A stretch of DNA of 64,000 nt from assembly GCF_009914755.1 (NCBI RefSeq), contig NC_060925.1. One strand, given 5' to 3'. This document shows positions 29,290 through 41,002 of this stretch, piece by piece (the stretch's first letter is position 1; every line of letters starts with the position of its first letter). The DNA is from the human T2T-CHM13v2.0 reference genome, Homo sapiens. The notes beneath the pieces are model-generated. The model worked only from the letters and a program-made list of their open reading frames with translations, was not told the DNA's origin and ran no database searches. The translations under genes were made by a program, and so were the position numbers.

Positions 29290-29740
29290 CGTGAATTCAG
29301 CTTCAAGTAACAGAATAACTGGTTGTCAGTGGCTTAACCAAGTAAAAGTTTGTGTTCTCACATAATGAGAAAGCAGAGGTTAGCATTGGTCACTGGAGCT
29401 GGTCAGCAGCTTAATTGTATCAGCATAGGAGCTCTGGCATTCTACTGGTCCCTCCTTCATGGTCTCAAGATGGTAGCTGTTATTGTGGTATCAATTCCAC
29501 ATGGAAGGCAAGAGTAAGGGAAAGGGCTGGTATCTTTCCCTTTTATTAGGAGAGCAAAAAATTTTCCCCAAAATCCCCAGCAGACCTCTGTGTAGGTTTT
29601 ATACACCTAAATTCATTCATGTGGTTACCCCAGTTTTCCAACAAGACTGAGAAACCATCTCAGTTTTTCCAACTCATATTGTAAAAGGGAGAAGGGATAA
29701 AGGAGTTAGTAACAGACATTGGGTTGTAAGCTAGGCTACT
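29290..29740 (-). mobile_element. Old MLT1-type LTR
   Basis: attcagcttcaagtaacagaa...agtggcttaacc...catggtctcaagatggtagctg. Confidence 0.55.
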
Positions 29741-30080
29741 ATATCTATTTTAAATAAGTATTAGGAAGACTTACGTAAGGCAGGGCTACAAGTGATAAGT
29801 TCAAATATTTGTATAGCTTCTCAAAAGTGGGAAGTTAGTGAACACAGCAATCTTTACTTACTGTGTCAATAGCTTCATTTTAGGTATGAACCCACTTAAC
29901 ACATTGGAGAAGAATTCCGCCTCTCAGCATAACATCATGTCTGTTAGTCCTGGGTCTTTTCTTTAGTTATTTATATTTTAACATAAAAATATATTTAAGT
30001 TTGGCTGATGAAAATTCCTATGTAAGACTTGAAGCAAACATTTCCTCTTTTGTTTCTTTTTATCTTCCTCCAACCCTCAG

Positions 30081-30362
30081 TTAGACCAACCATAACCAAC
30101 AGTGGCAGCCACCCTACTGAAATTATTGTGACCCGAGGGAAGAGTATCTCCTTGGAGTGTGAGGTGCAGGGTATTCCACCACCAACAGTGACCTGGATGA
30201 AAGATGGCCACCCCTTGATCAAGGCAAAGGGAGTAGAAATACTGGATGAAGGTCACATCCTTCAGCTGAAGAACATTCATGTATCTGACACAGGCCGTTA
30301 TGTGTGTGTTGCTGTGAATGTAGCAGGAATGACTGACAAAAAATATGACTTAAGTGTCCATG
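30081..30362 (+). CDS. HMCN1: Coding exon (~45), 282 nt, phase 1-1; a whole Ig domain in one exon
   Basis: cctcag|ttagacca...catg|gtaagt; RPTITNSGSHPTEIIVTRGKSISLECEVQGIPPPTVTWMKDGH...SDTGRYVCVAVNVAGMTDKKYDLSVH. Confidence 0.93.
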
Positions 30363-31159
30363 GTAAGTAGAAAGAGGCTCAATATGTCCATTCACTGGCT
30401 AACGTAATCTAGCATCCTGGATGGGAGATATAGGCCTCAAGTACTGAAAGTCATTTATTTATAACCCATCATTTTAAACATATATACCTTTTCCCCAGGT
30501 CAGTCTCATCATTTATCCTTCTATGCCTGACCTCACATTATTTACCTTGCTGAAATAAGCACATATTAGATATTCTTTAAGGAAAGCACACAGTAAAGTA
30601 GAAAATTGTTGTCTTCAAATGCTTTTGGTCCAATGCTATCCCAAGTAAAATCTGTTTTTTATGTTTTCCAAATTTGCTGACTTAACTGGGCTTGTATAAA
30701 CGTAAGCTCCTTAGAATTTACTGACTCACCATCAGTTGAGCATGAGTTATACTGAAGTCAGCTTTAATATTCTAATTCTAATTAATAAGTCATAAATGTC
30801 AATAAGAATAGACCAAACATACACATACACAGGGACAATGACTTAGATGTGTACAATTTGAACTATAATTTTTATAGCTATAGGAACAATGGTAAATTTA
30901 ATGGACACAAATCTTGTAATTTCAACTCAGTTAAGACATGCATGAAGCTCAGTGTTAATATCTTGCAGTTTGCAGCCAACGTGTGTGCCAAAGCTATAGG
31001 AATCACAACACAAAAGGGAAGATGAATTAATCTTAAGTTCTTTTTGTTGGATTACTCTTAATTTTTAGAATTAGATGATTGATTTTTTAGGAAATCTTTT
31101 CCTATAAGTAGGTTATGAATCCATATTACAAATTTGCAAGAAAAGATGAGTGATTCATA

Positions 31160-31611
31160 TTCACAGTAGCAAAGACATAGAATCAGCCTAGGTGCTGATT
31201 AATAAATGGTGGATTGGATAAAGAAAATGTGGTACATATGCACCATGGAATACTACACAGCCAAAACTCATGTCCTTTGCAGCAACATGAATGCAGTTGG
31301 AGACCATAATCATAAGTGAATTAATGCAGGAATGGAAAATCAGATGCCTCATGTTCTCACTTATAAGTGGGAACTAAACATTGGGTACTCAAAGACATAA
31401 AGATGGCAACAGTAGACACTGGGGACTACTGAAGGGGAAGGAGAAAAGGAGGCAGGAGTTCAAAAACTAACTCTTGGGTTCTATGCTTACCACCTACGTG
31501 ACAGGATCAATCATACCCCAAGCCTCAGCATCACAGAATATACCCATGTAACAAACCTGCACATGAATCCCCTTAATCTAAAATGAAAGTTGAAATTGCA
31601 ATTAAAAAAAA
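31160..31611 (+). mobile_element. L1MA-type 3' fragment
   Basis: ggataaagaaaatgtggtacat...atgttctcacttataagtgggaactaaaca...A tail; TSD gagtga(t/c)tcata (31148-31159, 31618-31629). Confidence 0.88.
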
Positions 31612-31719
31612 GGGGGCGAGTGACTCATACAACATCACTCACCACTATTGGAATAACAATATGAAAATAATTTACTGCTAAGATTGAGGAAGAAGTGACA
31701 TTTTTACTTCCAGGAATGT

Positions 31720-31721
<2 letters not shown>

Positions 31722-31753
<32 letters not shown>
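31722..31753 (+). repeat. (CA)16 microsatellite
   Basis: Perfect CA run ~165 nt upstream of the exon at 31920. Confidence 0.95.
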
Positions 31754-31754
<1 letters not shown>

Positions 31755-31919
31755 CTGGTTGTTGTGATTGCTTATTTTGCTTACTATTAATCAGAAAATG
31801 GAAGTCTTATTAACATACACTGTTTAGGATTTGATGTTTGATATACAACATCAGGTATATCAAATGTATATCAGGCAACTAATATTTCCATTCCCTGTTT
31901 GTTTTATTTTGTCTTACAG

Positions 31920-32087
31920 CTCCTCCAAGCATCATAGGAAACCACAGGTCACCTGAAAATATTAGTGTGGTAGAAAAGAACTCAGTATCTTTGACTTGTG
32001 AAGCTTCTGGAATTCCCCTGCCTTCCACAACCTGGTTCAAAGATGGGTGGCCTGTCAGCCTTAGCAATTCTGTGAGGATTCTTTCAG
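31920..32087 (+). CDS. HMCN1: Coding exon (~46), 168 nt, phase 1-1
   Basis: ttacag|ctcctcca...tcag|gtatta; PPSIIGNHRSPENISVVEKNSVSLTCEASGIPLPSTTWFKDGWPVSLSNSVRILS. Confidence 0.93.
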
Positions 32088-33049
32088 GTATTAGAAATTC
32101 TGGTAGCCTTATAATCTTGTTAGCTTCATACGGCTACAATTTCTCCTTAATTTCAAATTGCTCAGTGTTTTTATTGTTTTATTTTTTAACCTACTGCTTA
32201 CTGTAATATTCACTAATCATATTAAGAAAAAATATTTAAAAGGATGTAAGAAACTATATGAAAATGAGAAATCTCCAAATATCTCTAGACCCCTTTAAAA
32301 AACAAATCTTGGCACTCGCTGATTACGACAGTCATGGAGATGTCAAAGCATTCATGCTACAGTGAGCATCCACCAATTTGAAAATAATTATAGGAAGTGC
32401 TGAAATTGAATTCAAATTCTACAGTGAATCCTAGTATATAAAATACTTCTATAACCAAATATTAATATTTCAATGTATTCATGACTAATCTCAATGATGT
32501 TTACATTTCTAAAATGGGTAGTTTCCTGTGAGCTAAGACTTTATTTTCAAGAGATATTGATCATATTCCTCATATAATTTTGTGGGAAAATCTAAATAGC
32601 TTGTCATTTGTGGATCAATATAAGCGTAGAGAGAGGCAAGCTGCAGAAATCTGCACTTGGCCCATTTTATTAATGACTTGGTTACAGACTAAGATAATCT
32701 TGCCAAGTTTTTGGTTAATAAAAAGCTTAGATACTTAGAAAAATACCTAATGTGTGATTGAAGGCATCAAAATTCAAACACACCTCATGCTGGAGCTTTT
32801 GGGTTAAAGCTAACAAGATGAAGGTTAAGTAAGGCTCATGATGGCCCTCTATATAATTATCTGATTATGCTAATTTATGATCTCTTTGCACTTACGGTCA
32901 AACCAGTTATGAACTTATGGTGAAGTATAGCTTCAGAACTCTTAATATGAAAAGATGTCTGAATTGTGTTAGTTTCTCAGTATGCATTAATACAATGCGA
33001 TTATCAAGACAACAAATGTAATATTTTGCCACATCAATAAACTATATTT

Positions 33050-33560
33050 TCTCCAATAAGAAAAGCAAGAGATCGTGTGCACTATAAACTTAGCAGAACT
33101 TATTAGAAAGACAAGAAGAAAGGCTTAATGACAGTATTTGCAAAGGAAAATAACTATGATGGGAAATTATCACATAATGATTAATATGTCTGTATTTAAC
33201 CTGGAAAAATAAATCTTGTGGTGTATTTGGTATCTAATCCAAAGTAAATTTAAATATTTGAAGAGCCATGGTGTAGAAAGGATTATGTTGTTTTTTTCTA
33301 GTTCCAGAGGTTAAAAGTAATGTCAGTATATGGAAGATTCTAGGGATAGATTTGTGTCTGAATATAAACAACTTAAAAGATTATTTAGCTTGCTTAAAAT
33401 CAAGATGAGCTACTTTAAGTGGCAGTAAGCTCCCTTCACCTAAATGTGCTCAAAGTTTACATTACCACTACTGAAGGCATATTCAGAAAAGATTTTTTCC
33501 TAGTGCTGGAATTAGGTCTAAAAAACCTAAGTTCCCCCTGTTTCTTCCCGATCTTGGTTT
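33050..33560 (+). mobile_element. L3/CR1 3' remnant
   Basis: tatttaacctggaaaaa...aaatatttgaagagc...gtaagctcccttcacctaaatgtgctcaaag resembles the L3 3' end. Confidence 0.55.
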
Positions 33561-33634
33561 ATAACTGATAGGAGCTTGAGGAAGAATGTACATTACCATT
33601 AACCACATTTATTGTCTATAATACTCACTATATT

Positions 33635-33800
33635 TATGACCTCAGACTAGTTACTTAACTTTGCTAACTTCAGTTTGATAACTTGTAAAGCGATAATAAT
33701 AGTATTTGCCTCAGGGTTTTTGTAAGGATGAAATGAGATACCTAAAACAGTTAACACAGCACTTGCTTCTATGGTAAGCATCCAATACCTATTTCTTGTT
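33635..33800 (+). mobile_element. MIR fragment
   Basis: tgacctcagactagttacttaac...ataataatagtatttgcctcagggtttttgtaaggatgaaatgagata. Confidence 0.7.
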
Positions 33801-35422
33801 ATTGTCATAGACAACCTGGTAAAAGGTTTGTGGTCTCCCTGTCCTGGGAAACTTTCCTATGTCCTTACTATGATGTTTTTACTTTGACAGGACTCTCAGT
33901 CTCTGTTGATCTTAAGAAATACATACTAATGACAAAGATTGTATTAAAATGTGGTTACCAAAGCCTAAACACATTATCTTCTTGGCTTGAAATTATATTC
34001 ATCTTTCTGGCTTTTTAAAAAATGTTCACTTGCTAAGGAAGTAGGGACTCTTATTAAATATAGTAAGTGCAGCAGAGCTCCTGGAAGTGAAAAAGGCAAG
34101 CTAAAGTGATGTGCTCTAGCTTGTTACAAATTTACAGAAGTGGTGTTTTGGTTTTATTTATCTTTGTTGTGCTTGACTAGCAGCTGGAGATCCCTGAGTG
34201 AACACATGATAAGTATTTCACCTTGTGGTGCTGCCAAAGGAGTTATTCAGTTTAACAGTCTGAACATGTTGTGTTGTGCAATAGGTAAATGAGAATCGAA
34301 TGGCATATGTCTTGCTTGGTCTTCAGTCTCCTGTACATGCCTATTTCATTAATATTAGTCCTCCTGAGAATTTAAGCATAGCTTTTCTAAAAGCAGTACT
34401 TTGGTGAAGACCCTATCATTGTTATGAAGTTATCTGCCAGAAACAGATAACTGTTATAAAAATTTAATAGGTACAAGAAACGTCTCCATATAAGTATAAT
34501 TTACTGTCAGAACCCATTTTTGGTTTTCACTGGATTAAGCGAGAAGTCCATGAAAAAAGAGAAAAGGAGAATCGTGAAACTTATGAGGTTGACGTTTGTA
34601 GAGCCAGCAGTGATTCATAAAAGTTGTATTGCTTTAATACCTCTCAACTGGAATCATATTATGATCTCACTAATCTGAAGTGGCAGTGAGTGCTTGAATC
34701 CTTCCCTAATTGACATAAGTTTTTAAAGCATTTTTACTTTTTAAGTAAACAAAATTTCTGTTTACTTAAATTCAATTGGGAAAAAAAGGCTAAATTCAGG
34801 TAATTAGCTTTGTTTGTCTAAATAAGATACTACTAAGTTCACCTTTCAGTGGGTTTAGGGTGGGAAGGTTGCTTATAGAAAAAGTTCAATGTCAGCTTGT
34901 GTTTACATAAACAGAAAACAGATAGAATACCCCTGGGAAACCAGACCCAGGTGAACATTTACATGAAAATTTCATGTTAACCATTATACTGTTTTTAATT
35001 CAAATTCAGGGTGCTAAGCAAAAATATACCAGCTAGAAAATTATTACACAATCCAATAAATGACCTACTTTTTTGTTGGACCTTACTCCTCAAATGGTGC
35101 CCAGGACTTTGTTCTCTCAGTGTCTCTTAGTTCTCTGCAGGTTTTGTTTCATCTCATTTGTTGGCTCCTCTGCTTTTATCTTTAAATAGAGTTCTCCTCC
35201 AAATTACACCCCCAGTATATTAGAGTTTCACTTTCAGTCTACATACATTTCTTGGATGAATATTTCTTCAAACAAAATGTTACATAGATGTTCAAAATAC
35301 AAAAAGAAGCAAAAGCAGTGTATCACTAGTGCATGAAGTGACCCCATAACATTTTATATAATGTAGGATTCCATGAAGCTTAATTGAAAGCTGGTAGTCT
35401 TCATTCTCCTATCTTCCTTATA

Positions 35423-35473
35423 TTAGGTTGGTGCAAAAGTAATTGTGGTTTTTGCCATTGAAAGTAATGGTAA
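35423..35473. mobile_element. Truncated MADE1 (Hsmar1-derived MITE)
   Basis: ta + ttaggttggtgcaaaagtaattgtggtttttgccatt is one MADE1 TIR; the second TIR is missing. Confidence 0.85.
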
Positions 35474-35826
35474 TATATTGATGTCACCCAAATCTGGGTG
35501 TCTGGGCTGGTTGTCTTTCTGATATTCCCATATTACATGTTCAATGGAAAACTAGGACTCTTTTCCTAACCATCTGATCACAGGTGTCTTTCTAAGCACG
35601 AATCAGATCATAAGCCCTGTTTGTTTATACACTCCATAGTCTTTAGTGAGTGCAATAAAATCTAAATTCCTTAGCATAGCATTCATGGGCCCATACAATC
35701 TGGCCATACTCCATCTAGCCTCATCTCTTACCATTTTCTCCACCTGCTCTGCTTTTGATACCACTTCTCACACCTACTTTCTACCTCTATCTATCTCTTC
35801 ATTCATACTCCACTCACAATAGCATC

Positions 35827-36214
35827 TGTATTAGTCTGTTCTCACACTACTGTAAAGAAATACTCGAGATTGGGTAATTTATAAAGGAGAGAGGTTTAAT
35901 TGACTTACATTCTGCATGTCTGGGGAGGCCTCAGGAAACTTAAAATTATGGCAGAAGGGGAAGCAGGCACCTTCTTCACAAGGCGGCAGAAGAGAGAGTA
36001 TGTGAAGGAAGACCTGTCAAACGCTTATGAAACCATCAGATCTTATGGCAACTCACTCACTATGATGAGAACAGCATGTGGGAAACCATTCCCATGATCA
36101 GGTCACCTCCACCAGGTCCCTCCCTTGACCTCCCACCAGGTCCCTCACCAGGGGATTATGGGGATTACAATTCGAGATGAGGTTTGGGTGGGGACACAGA
36201 GCCAAACTATATCA
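35827..36214 (-). mobile_element. THE1D/MSTA-like MaLR solo LTR
   Basis: tgtattagtctgttctcac...gagccaaactatatca; perfect TSD gcatc; internal duplication of acctcc(c)accaggtccctc. Confidence 0.9.
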
Positions 36215-36536
36215 GCATCTCTCAACTCGTGTTAAAATATACTTATCTTTTAAGATCATATTCAAACATCACCTTCTCTGTGAAACAACATTTCTTGCTT
36301 GCTGTCACCTAACATTATATTTATTTTTTTATCTATTGAACTAGAAGATTTTTCTGAACTATTTTGTTTTATAGAAGTTTAAAATGTGATTTTTAAAAAA
36401 GCTTAACATAAATTCATTTTAAGGGCCTCTAAAGCATACTGATTAAATTTTTACCTAAATTGAGCATCACTTGGATGGCTTATAAAGTTTCATTTTTCTT
36501 TTTAAGTTATCTTAAAAAGATGGTTTGCTTCTGCAG

Positions 36537-36650
36537 GAGGCAGGATGCTACGGCTGATGCAGACCACAATGGAAGATGCTGGCCAATATACTTGTGTTGT
36601 AAGGAATGCAGCTGGTGAAGAAAGAAAAATCTTTGGGCTTTCAGTATTAG
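36537..36650 (+). CDS. HMCN1: Coding exon (~47), 114 nt, phase 1-1
   Basis: ctgcag|gaggcagg...ttag|gtactt; GRMLRLMQTTMEDAGQYTCVVRNAAGEERKIFGLSVL. Confidence 0.92.
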
Positions 36651-37199
36651 GTACTTATATAGTTTGCAATATCTAGAAGAAACTTAAATTGCCTTAAATC
36701 CTGGAAGCAGAGTTAAAATTTATTTACCACTTGATCTCATACCTGTGTTATTTAGACCCTGGACTGTGACTCTTGGCAAGAATTCAATATCAGAATTGTT
36801 TGGAGGTAATCAGGCAATCGTTTGGGGGAATTAAAATGCCTGTTTTAATTCACAATTGCTCAACAATATTCTGAGAGGCTGAATGACTTGTTTAATGTGA
36901 ATACATATTAGAGTTACAGTGGAAGAAATAAAAGTCAAATAAATGTTCTTGGTGATTTGTTGACATTTTTATGCAGACTTAATGATTTACATTACAATAA
37001 AATTCATTATAATTGGATTTATGACTTTAAAAGTAGACTTGATCAAAATAATATTATGACATTCTAGCAATCAAATAATGAATGTGGATTGGGGGATTTG
37101 TTTTGAAGGTTATAGCTTAATAAAACCATACATAAATATCTATAAAATAGCAGCTTTGCTGTTAAGAGCTGTTATTTTGTTGTTGTTGTTGTTTTTTAG

Positions 37200-37286
37200 T
37201 ACCACCTCATATTGTGGGTGAAAATACATTGGAAGATGTGAAGGTAAAAGAGAAACAGAGTGTTACGCTGACTTGTGAAGTGACAG
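37200..37286 (+). CDS. HMCN1: Coding exon (~48), 87 nt, phase 1-1
   Basis: ttttag|taccacct...acag|gtatgg; PPHIVGENTLEDVKVKEKQSVTLTCEVT. Confidence 0.92.
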
Positions 37287-37355
37287 GTATGGGCTCAGCT
37301 CTCAGACTTTTGGTGCTCCCCCCACTCACTGATAGTCATTGCCTCCACTATATAT

Positions 37356-37719
37356 CTTAAAAATTTTTTATATATTTAGGGGGTACAAGTGCGGTTTTGT
37401 TACATGGATATATTGAGTACTGGTGAAGTCTCAGTGATGGTAAACATTACCCAAGTAGTGTACATTTTACTTATTAGGTAATTTCTCATCTCTCAATCCC
37501 TCTCCCACCCTCTCACCCTTCCTAGTCCCCAAGGTCTATTATTTCACTCTCTATGTCCATTTGTACACATTACTTAGCTCCCATTTATAAGTTAGAACAT
37601 ACGATATTTGACTTTCTGTTTCTGAGTTATTTCACTTAAGATAAAGGCCTCCGGTTCCATTCATATTGCTGCAAAAGACATGATTTCATTCTTTTTATGG
37701 ATAGGTAGTATTCCATGGA

Positions 37720-37802
<83 letters not shown>

Positions 37803-37940
37803 ATTTTCATTACCCAACCTCTGTTAATGGACACTTAGGTTGATTCCATATCTTTGCTATTGTGAATAGTGCTCTGGTAAACATACTAATGCAGGTATCT
37901 TTTTGTTATGACTTATTTTCCTTTGGGTAGATATTGAGTC
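37356..37940 (-). mobile_element. L1PB/L1MA-type 3' fragment
   Basis: gggggtacaagtgcggttttgttacatgga...catgatttcattcttttt; TSD ccactatatat (37345-37355, 37941-37951). Confidence 0.88.
37721..37799 (+). repeat. Compound (TG)16-CA-(TA)~22 microsatellite
   Basis: Direct reading. Confidence 0.95.
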
Positions 37941-38079
37941 CCACTATATATTAATCAGTTGAGGAAAAGTTCAGCTACTATAATTGGCATTTGAAATTAA
38001 ATTCTAGTCCAGTATAGCTGGTAGAAATGTAGGAGGAAACCTTTCAAATTCTGTGGAGACAAAAAGGAAATACCAAAAA

Positions 38080-38204
38080 GAAAAGAAGGGAAGAAAGAGG
38101 GAGTGGGGAGGGAGAAAGGAAGGGAGGGAGGGAGGGACGGAGAGAGAAGGAAGGAAGGAAGGAAGGAAGGAAGGAAGGAAGGAAGGAAGGAAGGAAGGAA
38201 GGGA
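38080..38204 (+). repeat. Polypurine tract containing (GGAA)13 at 38149-38200
   Basis: Direct reading. Confidence 0.95.
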
Positions 38205-39215
38205 GTCTTTTCCTTCAATTCAATAAATCATTCTCTTTTGAAAAATTATTCTGCTTCTACTTACATGTATGTTTATCTTGCCCTACCTTTTTAAATTTTT
38301 GTTTCCTTCCCTGTGTTTGTGCCTTCCTTTTCTTTTCCTTTTTTTCTTAAATTTCATTTCAAAGAAATAGGTTGGAGTTTTGGTGAAAGAATGACGTTAT
38401 TTTGTAGTGGGGATTTTCCAAGAACAATATTGTTACCTTTTGTTAGCATGTTTGAATATTACAGAGGGAATATAGAGTAGGAAAAATAAAAATTCTAAAA
38501 CCAGTTTCACCATCTTTACCAGTAAATTGATTTCTTGCATATAATCAAAATAAACACATCTCTAAGAGGATATTTTCAAGGCTGTCTTTTTATTGTAGAT
38601 GGCCTTGCAGTTTTAAAGTAAGAATGAAAGTAGCCCATAACATTTTATGGAAAGTCAGAGTTTAAAGGAAGATTCAATGAGTTTCTTATTTCATTGTTTG
38701 TCTGCCTTATGTGAGCAATAAATTCAAATAAGCAGAGGGGGGAATGTTTCTATTTTAAGAAAGGCAGATATAAACAGTGTGATATATACTATTAACCTGT
38801 TAATAATTTTTTTCTAGAAATAATATAGTAATTTACAACAGTTGCATAGACAAGCATTGCCTACATTTTATAAAATCCTCTCTTCAAGCTAGTATATCAT
38901 CCTAGCCCTCTTTCCTAACATGACTTGCTTTTATGGTTTTAAAATTTTTTTTAAGTATTTGAATAATTTAAAACTTAATATTTAACATAGATCTCATTTG
39001 AAAATAAAAATACAGGATCTCTTCCTAGAGGCTGTAAATATTAAAGAATAATTAATATATTTTTATCTCTATTGATCAGTTCAATATTCTTCCATCTATC
39101 TATGATAGAATCCTGGTATAGACTCAAAATATCTGCATGTTGAATTAATTAAAGGTTTTGCTTTTTTACAGCTTTTTGTCAAAAATATAAAATCTTTTAG
39201 AAAATTTTTCTATGA

Positions 39216-39620
<405 letters not shown>

Positions 39621-39926
39621 CTAAAAAATAGTATAAATTTAGTTATTTAGTTAAACATGAAGGTCAATTTAGAATCATTTTACTTATAGATGAACACTAA
39701 CCTACATTTGAAAATGATTTATAATCTATGCATATTTTTAAAGTCAACATAACCATTATTATTATAAAATAAGTTAGCTTGCATAGTTATTTTTAAATGA
39801 ATGATTACTGCCGTGTTTTAGACATGGGATATGTAGGAAGACAAATGAGTGAAAACCTCCTCTTTCAAAGTTTATTCATTCTATACATGTAATTATTAGC
39901 TGACTCTCAGAAATGGATTTTTACAG

Positions 39927-40118
39927 GGAATCCAGTGCCAGAAATTACATGGCACAAAGATGGGCAGCCCCTCCAAGAAGATGAAGCCCATCACATTATA
40001 TCTGGTGGCCGTTTTCTTCAAATTACCAATGTCCAGGTGCCACACACTGGAAGATATACATGTTTGGCTTCCAGTCCAGCTGGCCACAAGAGCAGGAGCT
40101 TCAGTCTTAATGTATTTG
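39927..40118 (+). CDS. HMCN1: Coding exon (~49), 192 nt, phase 1-1
   Basis: ttacag|ggaatcca...tttg|gtaggt; NPVPEITWHKDGQPLQEDEAHHIISGGRFLQITNVQVPHTGRYTCLASSPAGHKSRSFSLNVF. Confidence 0.93.
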
Positions 40119-40968
40119 GTAGGTGTGGGCTTTTCTTCATATCTTAAAGAATCTGACATGACTGTAGGCTAAATTTTCTTTTCTTTTTCTGTTCAAGTAA
40201 TGTTTCCGTCGTAGAATTTCATCATGTAAGGAGGACCAGTGCTTGTGTACATTTACTATTTTTCCTGAATTAATTTATAAATTAATTTATGACATATGGA
40301 ATACCTACTATGTTCTAGGCACAGTGTTTTGTGCTAGGGACACAACTCTGAATAAGATAGACTAATCAGTAGTAAAAGATAAAGATATGTTGGTCAAAGA
40401 GAAGCAGGTAAAGAGTGATTGGGTCTCAACCTGAGATATTCTATCCTTTTTTTTGTGAGACTTAGCCATTATTGGAAATTGGCCATATTATAGTCTTTGT
40501 GGACTAAGAGTGATGAAATAACTGTCTGTTGGTATGTTCAGTTCTGGCTTATGTCTCAGGAAAGACATTAAAATAGATTTTTAACTTGTGCTCACTTTTT
40601 GAAATTTCTACCCCCTAAATTTATTGTATTAGATTCCTAATATCATATAATTCTACTAAAATCAACTGACCTATATGTGAGTATGAAAATTTGTATAGTT
40701 GTTTGTTTTTATAGTTATTGGTTATACCATTTAAGGAGTACAAAGATACCACCATAGATAGAAACTTCTCATATTGAACACAGCCCTCAAGGAGCTGATA
40801 GTCTAATTGAGTAGGGGAGCTATATGTGCAAGAAAAATTACATCAAAATACCAGATACTGTATAAGTGTCAATATTGTATTGTGTGTAAGTGTATAAATT
40901 GAAACTTATAAATGTCATAAGTGTATAAGTGTATAAATTGACATACAGTATCTGGTATTATATATATG

Positions 40969-41002
40969 TTCATTCATTCATTCATTCATTCATTCATTCA
41001 TT
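40969..41002 (+). repeat. (TTCA)8 microsatellite
   Basis: Direct reading; possibly derived from an L2 tail. Confidence 0.9.

Noticed and set aside
35423-35473. MADE1 as a miR-548-type hairpin precursor
   Set aside because: The second inverted repeat is missing, so the long hairpin cannot form.
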